A stretch of DNA of 60,802 bases, the filler included, from an uncultured bacterium (lineage in GTDB: Bacteria > UBP4 > UBA4092), in the NCBI GenBank assembly GCA_964644695.1. It is 3 parts of 2 records of this genome, joined end to end, with 100 filler letters (N's around TTAATTAATTAA, not from the genome) between each part and the next. Parts side by side here need not be neighbours in the genome. Positions count along the whole stretch, not along the records: positions 48,748 to 60,802 come from CAZXWN010000025.1; 2 more parts are not named here. One strand, given 5' to 3'. The translations under genes were made by a program, and so were the position numbers. The first letter of the stretch is position 1; each line of letters begins with the position of its first letter. This document shows positions 59,561 to 60,802 of the stretch, piece by piece. The notes beneath the pieces were generated by a model. The model had not been told where the DNA came from and searched no databases. It worked only from the letters and a program-made list of their open reading frames with translations.

Positions 59561-60802
59561 TCACTTCTTCAACCAGGTATCCTGCCAAATTTTCTTTTCT
59601 TTTATAAATAGGGGAGAGATTTCATGGTCAGCATTTGGATCAATAACCAGTGATTTAGGTACCCCCGGTGGGATTCTGTTATATGAGGCGACACCGTTAC
59701 CCGCCGGACAAATCTGGTCCTGTAATCCAGAAGTTATCATAATCGGACACTGCACACCCTGTGCCATATTCATCGCGTCAAGGTACATCAGTGTTATATA
59801 TATCACATCTTTATCTTTCGCTTCTCGAACTATTGAAAGGAGTTTGCGGGATAGAGAGCGGTCACTGGCCATTAAGTTTGAGAATCCAGGAACAAATGCC
59901 ACACCACATCGAAGTCGGTGGTCCAGTGCACACATCGCCAACGTACAGGCTCCTCCCTGACTACTTCCTTCTACTCCAACCCTCGTAGCATCGACTTCCG
60001 GACGCGAAAACAAGAAGTCCAAGCCACGAAGAGAGTCCATATAAATCCCAAAGTAGTAATAGTTCTTTGGGTTATCTAATGATTCATACATACACCCATC
60101 AGTCAACTTCCAATACTGATTTGTTGGACCATGTCCCCTGGAATTCATGCTTAAAGTAATATAGCCTTCAGCAGTCCGATCATAAGGCTCTTGATTGGCA
60201 CCGGCCCCAGGATGAATCTGGATAGCTGGATACTTTTCTGTTGTTTTGTTCGGATGCAACAGATCCACTTCTTTGGGAGTCATACACCAAGTAACTAATG
60301 TAATATTTCCATACGATGGCAATAGCACTTTATATAGTCTGCCAGTAGTTGAACTTGTTTTCTCTTCAGTGATAACAGGTTTAAGAGGAATAGCATTCAG
60401 CTCTTTACGTGCCTGGTCCCAAAATTTATCAAAATCTTTGGGCCGCTGGGTCAACGGATGTCCAGGGTAATCCATATTTGACTGCCCATTCCGATACAAA
60501 GCCGGCCATACTCCAATATCCTTAGTAGATTGGTTATCCAAAACTTCTTCCACCCGGACACCGATATAATCCTCCTGACCACGAGTTGGCAAAACAAAGG
60601 AGACACTCTCAGATGATTTAGACTCATGTACACATAAGATATGTTCCGCAGTATCCCAGGCTACGCAAGTAAATCGTATTGTCTTATTTGCATCATCCTC
60701 TCGGCCACTGGGATATGCCGTCATTGTGGGGAATCCACCATCCAGAGCCGGATTGAATTGGATATCCATGGGTCGAGTCACCTTGGCGTAAGTATAGTCA
60801 AT
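59561..60802 (-). CDS. CE7-like esterase, paralog 3 (5' end beyond the window)
   Basis: RPKDFDKFW, NSRGHG, GSSQGG, DQICP and ADHE; frame open to the window end (IDYTYAKVTRPMDI). Confidence 0.87.
   Translation of the reverse strand: MDYTYAKVTRPMDIQFNPALDGGFPTMTAYPSGREDDANKTIRFTCVAWDTAEHILCVHESKSSESVSFVLPTRGQEDYIGVRVEEVLDNQSTKDIGVWPALYRNGQSNMDYPGHPLTQRPKDFDKFWDQARKELNAIPLKPVITEEKTSSTTGRLYKVLLPSYGNITLVTWCMTPKEVDLLHPNKTTEKYPAIQIHPGAGANQEPYDRTAEGYITLSMNSRGHGPTNQYWKLTDGCMYESLDNPKNYYYFGIYMDSLRGLDFLFSRPEVDATRVGVEGSSQGGACTLAMCALDHRLRCGVAFVPGFSNLMASDRSLSRKLLSIVREAKDKDVIYITLMYLDAMNMAQGVQCPIMITSGLQDQICPAGNGVASYNRIPPGVPKSLVIDPNADHEISPLFIKEKKIWQDTWLKK

Overview
The window joins three contigs with two artificial 100-bp N-linkers carrying TTAATTAATTAA (26610-26709, 48648-48747), so adjacency across those linkers is not biological. 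The host is a diderm bacterium, judged from LolD/LolC-E and an LptD-like gene. Contig 1 (1-26609) is core and accessory chromosome: the tuf start with tRNA-Thr(GGT), metabolic and membrane genes, a secreted beta-propeller protein, and a Gld-like ABC/lol operon. Contig 2 carries a phosphodiester glycosidase, tRNA-Thr(CGT) and an AT-rich genomic island of at least 20 kb attached at the 5' side of the tRNA. The island encodes a tyrosine integrase, a 1120-aa VirD4-like ATPase fused to wHTH, PD-(D/E)XK-like and excisionase domains, four co-transcribed secreted proteins, a Zn-phospholipase C family protein and DUF932. It also holds a probably nested large-serine-recombinase unit with a type I CBASS (CD-NTase + S-4TM) and a divergent polyprenyl synthase / membrane protein / MFS cassette. 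Contig 3 has a transketolase-like enzyme and a GH20-like protein, each with a substituted catalytic residue, plus a RetSat/CrtI-like oxidoreductase, a flavodoxin and three tandem secreted CE7 esterases. A ~50-bp palindromic repeat occurs five times in host intergenic regions and was not seen in the island. No CRISPR array was seen. All family assignments come from motifs recognised by eye; no database searches were run.
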